From Nitrospirota bacterium (lineage in GTDB: Bacteria > Nitrospirota > UBA9217): a stretch of DNA of 64,000 nt. Location of the stretch: the NCBI GenBank assembly GCA_035623825.1, contig DASPSR010000005.1, positions 1 through 64,000 on the forward strand, given 5' to 3'. Shown here piece by piece: positions 35,417-44,339 of this stretch. The translations under genes and the position numbers were made by a program. Under the pieces are notes generated by a model. That model worked only from the letters and a program-made list of their open reading frames with translations, ran no database searches and was not told the origin of the DNA. Numbering within the stretch: position 1 is the stretch's first letter; the number at the start of each line of letters is the position of its first letter.

Positions 35417-36630
35417 GACTTCTCACCTTCGATCATACTGCCGATCAGTTCCATGATGTCAGTGATCTGTATCCGGTTTTTATGTCCTACCATGGCCTCG
35501 TTCACCTTGGCATAACAGGCCGGACAGCTCAGGATAAGGCGGTCAGCCTTCTTTGCCACGGCCTCGTCAATGGTCAATCTGCCTATGGCAACGGCGTTTT
35601 CGTGATACACTTTCCTCGCCGCTCCTCCCGCCCCGCAACACCGCGAGTTCAGTCCATTCCGATCAAACTCCAGCAGCGTGAGTCCCGGTATGCTGCGGAG
35701 CACCTCCCGCGGCTCTTCGATCACACCAACTCCACGGGTGAGATAGCAGGGATCGTGATAAATTACCCGTTCATGCAGCTCTTTTCGATACTTCAGCTTG
35801 CCTTCTTTTACCGCCGCTGCAACGAGTTGTGTGATATGACGGATCTTGAACGGGAGGTCGCTGCCATAGAAAACCGGCCAGTCCCTGCTCATGATATTCA
35901 CGCAACAGGGGCAGGAGCAGACGAGCGTCTTGACACCCCGTGCCCGGTACCCTTCTACAAGCCGCCTGACCAGGTCCGCGAGCAGGTCGTGCTGACCCGT
36001 GATAAAGAGCGGGAAACCGCAGCAAACCTCTTCCTCGGGAGGGAGCATGGTGAAAGGTTCGCCTATGGCGCCCAGAACCAGTGCGTCGCCCCGCACCATG
36101 GGCTGGGCCTCGTAGGCGCCCGTGCACCCAGCATAATACGCGATTTCCGCCCTCTCGGCAACCTTCACCTGCTCAGGGAACCACGGCTGGTAGCGGTCTG
36201 CTGCAGGCTTGTCGTAGGGATTGCCGCTCCTGCTTACAGCGTTCGGCACGCTGGCCTGTGCGCCGATGGGCCCGAGACCGCGCTTGACCATCTCTTTTCT
36301 AAGCGTGGGCCAGAGACGTTGCGTGAAGATGCCGACGGGGCAGTTCTGTCCGCAGGCGCCGCAGGTGGTGCATTCATAAACCGCCTTCACGAAATCTTCG
36401 AGCAGCTTGCGGTCGACCTTTCCCGGCCCGAAGAACCGCGCCTTAAGACCGTCAGTTGCGCGGATAAACTCGCGGAACATACGGATCTTCTCAGGCGGCG
36501 ATACCGTGGGGTTTCCGGTCACATCCTGGATAGGGCAGTGCTTCAGGCACTCTCCGCACTGAGTGCAGGCGTCGATCTCAAGGACCTGTCGGGGAGAGAG
36601 TTCTTCCGTGAATGATCGTTTATTCTTCAT
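35413..36630 (-). CDS. HdrD/DsrK-like Fe-S oxidoreductase (2x[4Fe-4S] plus two CCG domains)
   Basis: CTQCGECLKHCP, CTTCGACGQNCP; YYAGC...EVCCG...CPCC; YHDPC...RCCGAGG...CPAC. Confidence 0.85.
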   Translation of the reverse strand: MKNKRSFTEELSPRQVLEIDACTQCGECLKHCPIQDVTGNPTVSPPEKIRMFREFIRATDGLKARFFGPGKVDRKLLEDFVKAVYECTTCGACGQNCPVGIFTQRLWPTLRKEMVKRGLGPIGAQASVPNAVSRSGNPYDKPAADRYQPWFPEQVKVAERAEIAYYAGCTGAYEAQPMVRGDALVLGAIGEPFTMLPPEEEVCCGFPLFITGQHDLLADLVRRLVEGYRARGVKTLVCSCPCCVNIMSRDWPVFYGSDLPFKIRHITQLVAAAVKEGKLKYRKELHERVIYHDPCYLTRGVGVIEEPREVLRSIPGLTLLEFDRNGLNSRCCGAGGAARKVYHENAVAIGRLTIDEAVAKKADRLILSCPACYAKVNEAMVGHKNRIQITDIMELIGSMIEGEKS

Positions 36631-37306
36631 GCATCACCAAACGAAGCGCCTTCTTCCGCTTTCTCGCCTCCATCATCACCAGCGGGGCCGTGAAGATGTG
36701 CGTTGGCAGGAAAGGGATCAGCACCAGAACAAGAATAAAATGAAGTAAGAACAGCAGACTGGCCGGCGCAGCGGCCGGCCTGAGCGTCACAATGCCCCAT
36801 GCAAACAATTTTACGTCCACAAGATCTGGCTTGTACAGAACGTGCATCAGGACGCCCAGAGAGCTGATTACAAGCACCAGGCAGAGAAGGAACATGTTAG
36901 CAGGAGAGGCATACTTTTCCCACCTGGTGAACAGCCTTATGACTAGGATGTATACCAAAGCAGGAGGAAGGACGTACCCGGCTATCGTTCCCGGCGTCTG
37001 TATGCACCATACCCATGCTGGAACAGGGTTCAGAAAATACCGCAAATGCCGAAGGAGAACCAGAAGAAAGCTTGCGTGGAAAGCCCACTCCCCGACCCAA
37101 AGAGCGGGATTCACCATCAAAAGCCTTGTGAACAGAAAAACATCTGAGACCGTGAGCGCCCATACCTTCGCCGTTGTTGGAGAGGCTGGTTCGGTGGAAA
37201 GTCTTTTCATTGCCTTCCACCATACCAGCCCATGCAGAAGAAACCGCGCCCAGAATACCGAATATGCGCTGTAGGCTGCAACGACCAATATCGTCCCCAT
37301 AGTCAT
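36620..37306 (-). CDS. NarI/DsrM/HdrE-like membrane cytochrome b
   Basis: About five hydrophobic segments; FHASFLLVLLRHLRYFLNPVP (DsrM/HmeC-like) and LLH...PTH provide four candidate heme His ligands. Confidence 0.78.
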   Translation of the reverse strand: MTMGTILVVAAYSAYSVFWARFLLHGLVWWKAMKRLSTEPASPTTAKVWALTVSDVFLFTRLLMVNPALWVGEWAFHASFLLVLLRHLRYFLNPVPAWVWCIQTPGTIAGYVLPPALVYILVIRLFTRWEKYASPANMFLLCLVLVISSLGVLMHVLYKPDLVDVKLFAWGIVTLRPAAAPASLLFLLHFILVLVLIPFLPTHIFTAPLVMMEARKRKKALRLVMHEE

Positions 37307-37328
37307 CAGTCCGGCAAGAGCTGTTTAC

Positions 37329-37337
37329 AGTATAACA
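37329..37337 (-). promoter_or_regulatory. Possible extended -10 promoter for the cytochrome b-hdrD-cysteate synthase-comDE unit
   Basis: TGTTATACT on the minus strand about 22 nt before the ATG at 37306. Confidence 0.4.
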
Positions 37338-37434
37338 CATAAGTCCTTAGGCCCCATTTTCGTCAGCCGACGGCGGATGACAGCGGTATGCAGGACCATT
37401 TGGGCCGTGCGGGTGGTGCGTTGGAGACCACCGG

Positions 37435-37752
37435 TCATTTTTTCACTACGAACGTGATGCTTGCATCCTTGGGGACGTTCAGGCCCGCCTCGGCCTCGAT
37501 TGCTTTCAGAATGCCGGAAGGCACGGGACAGGCCACATGCTTGAGGTGTTTTGATGCTGACCGGTACACGGGATTACTCTGGAAGCCAGTAAGCGCGGCG
37601 AACCGGTCTAGGGTCGCGATGTCTTCCAGCATCTTCTTCACCATGCCGCACTCCGTGTCCAGGGAAATCGCGATTGTTTTGTCTTTCCTGGTTTCTGCTC
37701 TAATGGAGACGGAAAAACCGCATGTTCCTGAGTTGACTATTACCGTTGTCAT
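37435..37752 (-). CDS. Small conserved Cys-containing protein (DUF6951-like)
   Basis: SGTCGF, TECG, HVACPVPSGILKAIEAEAGL pattern. Confidence 0.65.
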   Translation of the reverse strand: MTTVIVNSGTCGFSVSIRAETRKDKTIAISLDTECGMVKKMLEDIATLDRFAALTGFQSNPVYRSASKHLKHVACPVPSGILKAIEAEAGLNVPKDASITFVVKK

Positions 37753-37874
37753 AGGTATTTGTCCCCCTGCCCGACTATGCCTCAAGGTATAAGGGGCGGG
37801 AAGGTCCCGGGAAAGCATCGACCTCCCGCCCCTGTAACCTCATTTATCGCCAGGAGGACCCGGCGATAATCTCT

Positions 37875-39860
37875 CTATGCCTTTATCTCAACGGGGGTGT
37901 TCGATTTTTCGAGCAGCTCCTTCAGATTCGGGAACTTGTCTTTCATGTGCGGGATATGCATTGCTTGCATAAACTCCTTCTCAAAGGCCGGCTCAGTTGC
38001 GATTTCGACGAACTGCACCCAGCGGGCTCGTTCGTCCGCCTCAGTACGCTTCCTGCGGTTCAGAAGCGCCATCCGTGCACCATCACCCGCAGCGTTTCCT
38101 ACGACGACGACCTTCTCGATCGGCACGTCGGGGAACATCCCCAGGGTGAGAGACGCCTCGCGATCGATATGGCTGCCGAAGGCGCCTGCAAGCTCGACGC
38201 GGTCGAGCTTGGTGACGCCCATCTTCTGCATCATGAGCTTTGCACCAGTGTAGAGAGCGCCCTTGGCGAGCTGGAGCGCCCTCACATCACCCTGGGTCAC
38301 GGTGATGTCCTGATTTATCGATGTTTCTTCAGCCCAGGCGAGTACGTATTCGGGCTTCCCGTCGGCATCGCGGCGCACGCGGTTGGTCCCTGTATCCATG
38401 ATGAACTTGCCGCTCTTGTCGATGATGCCCGCCGTGAACATCTGAGCTATGACGTCAATAATGCCGGACCCGCAAATGCCCTTGGCGTTGATCTTGCCCT
38501 CGATGTGGGTGTGCCAGTCAGCCTTGCCGATGACCATGTACTGCGGATCTTTCGTTGCGGGATCGATGCGCACCTTCTCGATCGCCCCGGGAGCGGCACG
38601 CATCCCGAACTTGATCTGGGCGCCCTCGAAGGCCGGACCGGTGGCGCAGGAGGTGGAGCAGACCCGGTCCTTGTTGCCCAAGAGCAGCTCGCCGTTCGTT
38701 CCGATGTCGATGATCAGCACCATCTCGTCCTGATTGTATTGCTCCTGGGCGATCAGCACGCCTACGTTGTCGGCGCCCACGAAGCCGGCCTCGAGAGGCA
38801 GAACATGGATATAAGAGCCGGGGTTGATGCGGATTCCGAGGTCTCGTGCCTTGATATCGAGAGAGCGCTGAACCGCCGGAATAAAAGGAGAGCGTCCGAT
38901 GAAGGTCGGGTTCAGGCCCAAAAAGATATGATGCATGGCAGTATTGAAAACAATGGTGAGGTCATCGATGGTGTGGCCCTGTTGCGGCCCGTCCTTTTGG
39001 ACTTCGGCAACGACCTTCTCGATGATCTCGTTCAAACCGGTGATGATGGAGTCCTGCATGGTCTTGAGGCCGCTTTCGTTCGCCATGGCATACGTGATGC
39101 GTGACATCACGTCTTCTCCGTAGGGTACCTGGGGGTTCATCATCGACTCGGTGTTGATCACCTTGCCCGTTGAGAGGTCGCAAAGGTAGCCCACGCAGGT
39201 CGTGGTGCCGATATCAACCGCCAGACCATAGCACACGTCCACGTGGCCAGGCTCGGCCTTGATGATCTCCCTGCCCTGCCACACCGTGAGCGTGATGGTC
39301 CATTCTCCCTTTCGAAGGATGTCCTGCAGGTCCCGCAGGACCTGGTAGTCCATCGTGAGGCCTTTCAGGCCATAGGTCTCTTCGAGGGCGTTGACAATGC
39401 GCTCGAAGTCCCCGGTCGTCATGTCGTGGAGCGTCGGTTTGGTAAGCGACAGGGGGTACTTCTTGACCGCCGGATCGAGAGCGATGGAGAGCTCTTTGGC
39501 CGCTTTCCGTACCACCTGCTTCCCTGCCCGGGACCGCTCGGGAACAAAGACCTTCAAGTCGCCACGCACCTCGCATTGGCAGGCGAGCCTGATGCCTGGT
39601 CCGTCCTCGGGTTTGATATGCTTTAGCTCGTCCGGAGCCGGGTGATGCGGGAAAATATGCACCATGCCCGACTCGATGTTGTCCTTCTCGAAGTACCCTT
39701 CTTCGATCCGGACTTTGCACTTGCCACAGACCTTTTTGTTGCCGCAGAGCGCCTCGATGTCGACTCCGAGCGCCTGTGCGGCCTGGAGGACTGTCTTTCC
39801 TTCATCAACCTCGCCGCGGCGGCCCGAGGGCTGGAATATCACTTTGTATTTCTTGGACAT
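37875..39860 (-). CDS. ATP-dependent corrinoid reductive activase (RACo/RamA-like, ASKHA)
   Basis: N-terminal [2Fe-2S] CGNKKVCGKC...RLACQC; DIGTTT, DIGTNGE, CATGPAFEG, GICGSG, GNAAG. Confidence 0.92.
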   Translation of the reverse strand: MSKKYKVIFQPSGRRGEVDEGKTVLQAAQALGVDIEALCGNKKVCGKCKVRIEEGYFEKDNIESGMVHIFPHHPAPDELKHIKPEDGPGIRLACQCEVRGDLKVFVPERSRAGKQVVRKAAKELSIALDPAVKKYPLSLTKPTLHDMTTGDFERIVNALEETYGLKGLTMDYQVLRDLQDILRKGEWTITLTVWQGREIIKAEPGHVDVCYGLAVDIGTTTCVGYLCDLSTGKVINTESMMNPQVPYGEDVMSRITYAMANESGLKTMQDSIITGLNEIIEKVVAEVQKDGPQQGHTIDDLTIVFNTAMHHIFLGLNPTFIGRSPFIPAVQRSLDIKARDLGIRINPGSYIHVLPLEAGFVGADNVGVLIAQEQYNQDEMVLIIDIGTNGELLLGNKDRVCSTSCATGPAFEGAQIKFGMRAAPGAIEKVRIDPATKDPQYMVIGKADWHTHIEGKINAKGICGSGIIDVIAQMFTAGIIDKSGKFIMDTGTNRVRRDADGKPEYVLAWAEETSINQDITVTQGDVRALQLAKGALYTGAKLMMQKMGVTKLDRVELAGAFGSHIDREASLTLGMFPDVPIEKVVVVGNAAGDGARMALLNRRKRTEADERARWVQFVEIATEPAFEKEFMQAMHIPHMKDKFPNLKELLEKSNTPVEIKA

Positions 39861-39968
39861 GTATCGCCTCCGATAAAGGGAAAATACGACGTCATAAATC
39901 TTAAATAATGTTCAAACCCAAAGACCCGACGTCAAAACAGTTCTACAGTTAATGGTGATGCTTGAAAT

Positions 39969-40622
39969 TTATTTCTCATTCGTCCCTCGGACCTTCGCAT
40001 TGCTTCTCCCGTAAGGGCAGACATTGATGCAAAAACCGCAATTGGGCTTGCCGACGGTTTTCAATTTGGCCGTCTTGTGGCTCTTACAGACGTCGAGCCT
40101 GACTAGTTCCACGAAAGGGTCGTGACGGGACCACACGGCCCCCGTTATCGCTTTTGACGGGCAGTGCTCGACGCAGAGCTCGCAATCGCCGCACCTGCTT
40201 TGTTCGATCGGCTCGTCCGCCGCAAGGCGAGCATCGGTCAGAACGGTCGCCAGTGAGAGTCGCGGGCCATGCTTGGGATTGATTAGGAGGCCGTTCTTTC
40301 CAACCCAGCCGATACCGGCCGATGTAGCCGCCATCTTATGGGTGAACAGAGAATAGAGCTTGGAGATGAAGGACCCATTCGTGCGGTCCGAGTCAGGCGG
40401 GATGGCAAGGGTGCGGTGGCCCCTGGCCTTCAGGAACCTCACAGTCCGCCGCTGAAGCTTGGCCAGCAGGGCGAGGGTGTTCTCGTTCAATTTTCTGTCA
40501 ACGCCGATCGAAACAGCACGGTTCAGATGGCTGATCTCCCCGCTCAGGTATCCGCGCAGATCAGCAACGCCGACCACTGTGGCGCCAAGATCGAACAGCT
40601 CCTTGCGGAGCGAGGTCTTCAT
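39969..40622 (-). CDS. QueG/reductive dehalogenase-like 2x[4Fe-4S] protein
   Basis: HKMAATSAGIGWVGKNGLLINPKHGPRLSLATVLTD; CGDCELCVEHCP; CGFCINVCP. Confidence 0.8.
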   Translation of the reverse strand: MKTSLRKELFDLGATVVGVADLRGYLSGEISHLNRAVSIGVDRKLNENTLALLAKLQRRTVRFLKARGHRTLAIPPDSDRTNGSFISKLYSLFTHKMAATSAGIGWVGKNGLLINPKHGPRLSLATVLTDARLAADEPIEQSRCGDCELCVEHCPSKAITGAVWSRHDPFVELVRLDVCKSHKTAKLKTVGKPNCGFCINVCPYGRSNAKVRGTNEK

Positions 40623-41314
40623 TTTGCGCTCTTCTTCGCTTCGGCCTCATCCTTCATCTTCTTGAGGGAGCTGATCATGTTTATGGCGTCCCTCAAGGCG
40701 TTCGTCGCATCCTTAGCGTACCCGTCGGCGCCGTACTTTTCGGCAACGTCCTGGGACACCGGGGCGCCACCGATCATGATCTTCACATTGGGGTTCTTGG
40801 CCCGAAGGTCCTCGATGACCTTCTTCATACCGGTCATGGTCGTGGTCATCATGGCCGAGAGACAGACCAGGTCAGAATCGGTCCGGAGCTGCTCCTGCAC
40901 AAACTTGTCGAGCGGAACGTCGCGGCCAAGGTCATAAACGGTGAATCCGGCCACGTCGAACATCATTTTTACAATGTTCTTGCCAATGTCGTGCACGTCT
41001 CCTTCTACGGTCCCGATCACTACCGAGCCTCTCACACCGAGGTCTAGCTGCTTGACATGCGGCTTTAAGATGTCGAGTCCCGCATACAGAGCGTCGGCGC
41101 ACATCAGGAGCTCAGGCACGAAGTACTCCTGGGCCTCGAACATCCGGCCGACCTCTACCATTCCTGAGACCAGGCCGTTGAAGATGGCGTCGTTCGCGTC
41201 AACTCCCTCCGCGAGCACCTCGTTGGCGGCCTCCTTGGCAGTGTCCTCATCGTATTGTATGACCGCGTTCCTCAGCTTCTCCAACAGCCCTTTCTTTTTT
41301 TCTTCTGTAGCCAT
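40619..41314 (-). CDS. Methyltransferase cognate corrinoid protein (MtaC/MtsB-like)
   Basis: Cap domain FVPELLMCADA; GTVEGDVHDIGKNIV (DxHxxG), SAMMTTT, IGGAP. Confidence 0.93.
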   Translation of the reverse strand: MATEEKKKGLLEKLRNAVIQYDEDTAKEAANEVLAEGVDANDAIFNGLVSGMVEVGRMFEAQEYFVPELLMCADALYAGLDILKPHVKQLDLGVRGSVVIGTVEGDVHDIGKNIVKMMFDVAGFTVYDLGRDVPLDKFVQEQLRTDSDLVCLSAMMTTTMTGMKKVIEDLRAKNPNVKIMIGGAPVSQDVAEKYGADGYAKDATNALRDAINMISSLKKMKDEAEAKKSAK

Positions 41315-41318
41315 AGGA

Positions 41319-42338
41319 TTACCTCCTGTAGTTGTTCACTTCGTCCATCATCGCCTTGAAATTATCGACCGGCACCGTGGGCCAGATGTCACAGCCCGGC
41401 CAGACCGCGCTCACACCGTCATCAATGCACTTCCGGACCGTGGCACGGACCAAGTCCGGGGTCCCGGCGACGAGAACGTTGTAAGGGTCGTAGTTCCCGA
41501 ATACGAGTGCCTTGGGGCCCAGCTTCTTGCGGGTCTCGGCGACGTCATTCTTCTGGTCCACGCTGATCGCCCTGGCGCCGCTTTCCGCCATGAACGGCAC
41601 GATGTCGTTCGTCTTGCCGCAGATGTGGAGAACGCTCGGGACCTTGAGTTTCGCGAAGATCTTCGTCAGGTACGGCAGGATAAGGCTCTTGAAGACACGG
41701 GGTGAGAGCACATCTGAAGTAGCGCCCATCTCCCTCACGGTGATGTAGTCTACGCCTGCCTTTTCGTATTCTTGCGCCACCTGGATGGTCACCCCGGAGA
41801 GCGTGTCCAAGAGCTTGCCGATCTTGTCCGGCTTTTTGAAGGACAGCTTCAGGAGGTCGTTCAACTCCATTACCTGTCCGGCCAGGGTGAAGGGCCCGAG
41901 CACGTATGAGCCGACAGCCGCTTTGTCGCCAATATCGCTCTTCATGAACTTGATCACATCGAGCATCATGGGGACCCTCCCGCGCCTGACGAGGTCGGCG
42001 GGTACCACCAGTTCCATTTCTGCCTCGTTACGTACCAGTTTCTTCTTGATCGTGGGGTAGAGCAGGTCCTCGGAATGGGCATAGACGTTGATTTCGCAGC
42101 CGAGGGCTTCTGCCTCGATGCAGAGATCAAAAGGGGCGACGCCGCATTCGAAGCCGAACAGTTTATGCGTTGATGCGGCCGCAGCGGCCATCATCTTTGC
42201 GTCTAGATGAGTTGCCGCGAACTTCTGGTTGAGGGACTTGAGACCCTCGGTGGTCACGTTCCCCATGCCGCTGAAGCACGGCGGCCTGTCCACTGCCTCG
42301 CCGGCAAAGAGCTTTAGTACACGTTCTCGTGCGTTCAT
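41319..42338 (-). CDS. MtaA/MtsA/CmuA-family methylcobamide:thiol methyltransferase (UroD fold) 1
   Basis: PFDLCIEAEALGC, GPFTLA, Zn motif LHICG...PGCD. Confidence 0.87.
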   Translation of the reverse strand: MNARERVLKLFAGEAVDRPPCFSGMGNVTTEGLKSLNQKFAATHLDAKMMAAAAASTHKLFGFECGVAPFDLCIEAEALGCEINVYAHSEDLLYPTIKKKLVRNEAEMELVVPADLVRRGRVPMMLDVIKFMKSDIGDKAAVGSYVLGPFTLAGQVMELNDLLKLSFKKPDKIGKLLDTLSGVTIQVAQEYEKAGVDYITVREMGATSDVLSPRVFKSLILPYLTKIFAKLKVPSVLHICGKTNDIVPFMAESGARAISVDQKNDVAETRKKLGPKALVFGNYDPYNVLVAGTPDLVRATVRKCIDDGVSAVWPGCDIWPTVPVDNFKAMMDEVNNYRR

Positions 42339-42475
42339 TGAACCTCCCTCTCACTGTTCCAATCTCAAAATCCGAGATCCAAATCCCCAATATACATCAG
42401 CATCCGGGCATGCGAACGCCCAGAATGTTGATGTTTTGAACTGGTTGATATTTGGAGCTTCGGGTTTGGTATATG

Positions 42476-43423
42476 TCATTTTCTCGCTCCCCCCGATTCG
42501 AGTTTAGTCAGGAAGTCTGAGAAGCACTTCCTGATCGGAAGCTGTGCATTGTCAGGTATCTTTCCCTGCTCCGAATAAACGAGCGTCGAGAGCAGGATAT
42601 GCGCCGTAGCTACGGCCGGGAAGATCCGGGACGCAGTGACGATGGGCCCGTAAAAGCTATAATCGCTCCAGAGCACCGAAGACATCCCCTGCGCCACGGC
42701 ATCCATGGCCTTGAAGGCGTCGAGGCTCCAGAGCGTCTTTGCCTCCTTCCACATATGAGTGCCGTTCGAATAGGCGCCGCCGCAGGGAAGGCCGTACTTT
42801 TCCTTGATCAGGCGGTTCGCCACGAGCGAGAAGGACGTTGACGGCAGGTTCATGACCGATGTGTCGACGATCACGGTATCGAAGTCTCCGGCTCCCTGTT
42901 CCAGCAACCGCTCTAGCGAACTCACCCTGCCCGCGGGTGACTGGTCCTTATCGTCAAAGGCCTGCACCACAACATGCTTTATGCCGAGGTCCTTTAGTTT
43001 CTGCACCTGCCCCTTGACGTCTTTGTCCCAGGGCGTAATGCTGTTATACAGGAACTTGTCCTGCACCCCGAGCTTGGACACGTACTCCGTCGCCTTCGCG
43101 CGCTGCTCGGCGACCCACATGTCGATGCCAAAGGGCATGTTCGTGGTCTCAAGGAAGAAATCGATGTAGATCTTTGCCTCTTCCGGCGTGTTGGCCACCA
43201 TGGCGACCATGCCGGGGACGCCGGTTGACGCAGAGAGCGATTCCTGCTGCTTGATCAGTTCGGAGGCGCGCCTGCGGTCGAAATTGCCCTTCCGGTCCTG
43301 CATGATCTTGTCCTTGTTGTGGAACATGGAGGCGATCAGGAGCGGCGGCCTGTCGCCGGGTTGTCCGCCGATCGCCGTGCCGGCGATGGAGTAGACCTTT
43401 TGTTCTTTAGCAAACTTGAACAT
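42476..43423 (-). CDS. mtrH: MtrH/MtgA-family methyl-pterin:corrinoid methyltransferase
   Basis: MFKFAKEQKVYSIAG..IGGQPG..PPLLIASMFH, PFGID, YNSI, IVDT, PCGGAYSN, YGP. Confidence 0.85.
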   Translation of the reverse strand: MFKFAKEQKVYSIAGTAIGGQPGDRPPLLIASMFHNKDKIMQDRKGNFDRRRASELIKQQESLSASTGVPGMVAMVANTPEEAKIYIDFFLETTNMPFGIDMWVAEQRAKATEYVSKLGVQDKFLYNSITPWDKDVKGQVQKLKDLGIKHVVVQAFDDKDQSPAGRVSSLERLLEQGAGDFDTVIVDTSVMNLPSTSFSLVANRLIKEKYGLPCGGAYSNGTHMWKEAKTLWSLDAFKAMDAVAQGMSSVLWSDYSFYGPIVTASRIFPAVATAHILLSTLVYSEQGKIPDNAQLPIRKCFSDFLTKLESGGARK

Positions 43424-43622
43424 GAGAGCTCCTTTTAGTGAACCGATTACGTTTTTTCACACAGAAGCACCACGACACGGAGAAAATAGAATAAGGTGAC
43501 GGAGTCGGTCAAAAGAGAGATGGATGTTCTCTGTGCCTCATGACCCCGCGGCAGATTGGTGCATTTTATGAATGTATGAGTACTGGGGAGGCTATAGAAG
43601 CCTCCCCGGGGACTGTCCGTGA

Positions 43623-44141
43623 TTAAAATACGCCGTGGTCGAACTTTGGCTGTGGAAGATACTCCCACTTCTCCCCCTTGCGGTACTTAGCCTCAATGTC
43701 AAGGCACTTCAGTGCGTACTCGAAGGCATAAGGAATGCCCGGCCCACCAGGCACGAAGCCCCCGAGGATCATGCCCACTGATGCCGCCTCGAAAATCTCG
43801 CCCGTGGTCGCTCCCGCATTGATCGCAGGGATCACGTGGATTATGCACCGCGGCGAGCAGTAACCCACACCGCCTGCCATAAACATCAGTTCCTTCACCT
43901 TACGGGAAAGGGCCCCATCGCCAAATATTGTCGCATAGAAATCGGCGAAAGTCCTCCCCGGTTCAGGGGTCACGGTGTTGATGATCTGAAACATCCTCGG
44001 CACGAACCCGCACTGCTTCTTCATGTACTCGTTCACTTCTTCCAATGTCATTTTCTTATCAGCCATTTTTTTTACCTCCCCTTGCCCGGGTGCTTTCTGT
44101 GCCCCGGAAAAAAGTTTTTTCAACTCCTCCAAGATGCCCAC
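43623..44141 (-). CDS. Carboxymuconolactone decarboxylase/AhpD-like protein (alternative start at 44066)
   Basis: GFVPRMF, DGALSRKVKEL, CSPRCIIH, GATTGEIFEA. Confidence 0.8.
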   Translation of the reverse strand: MGILEELKKLFSGAQKAPGQGEVKKMADKKMTLEEVNEYMKKQCGFVPRMFQIINTVTPEPGRTFADFYATIFGDGALSRKVKELMFMAGGVGYCSPRCIIHVIPAINAGATTGEIFEAASVGMILGGFVPGGPGIPYAFEYALKCLDIEAKYRKGEKWEYLPQPKFDHGVF

Positions 44142-44339
44142 AAACCGCACCTCCTTCCTTACATATAAGCTGGAACCGCCTCACCTCCTTTTCTCTAGTC
44201 CGGATAAACCGGAATCAACAAAATAGCGTCACGGTCACGATGCCGGTTCATCTTTGCGGCCACATAGTCCGTGTTCTCATCTTTCCGTTTCGAACTAAGC
44301 CTCACGATACAAGCCTCGTAACCATATGACGTCACCGTC

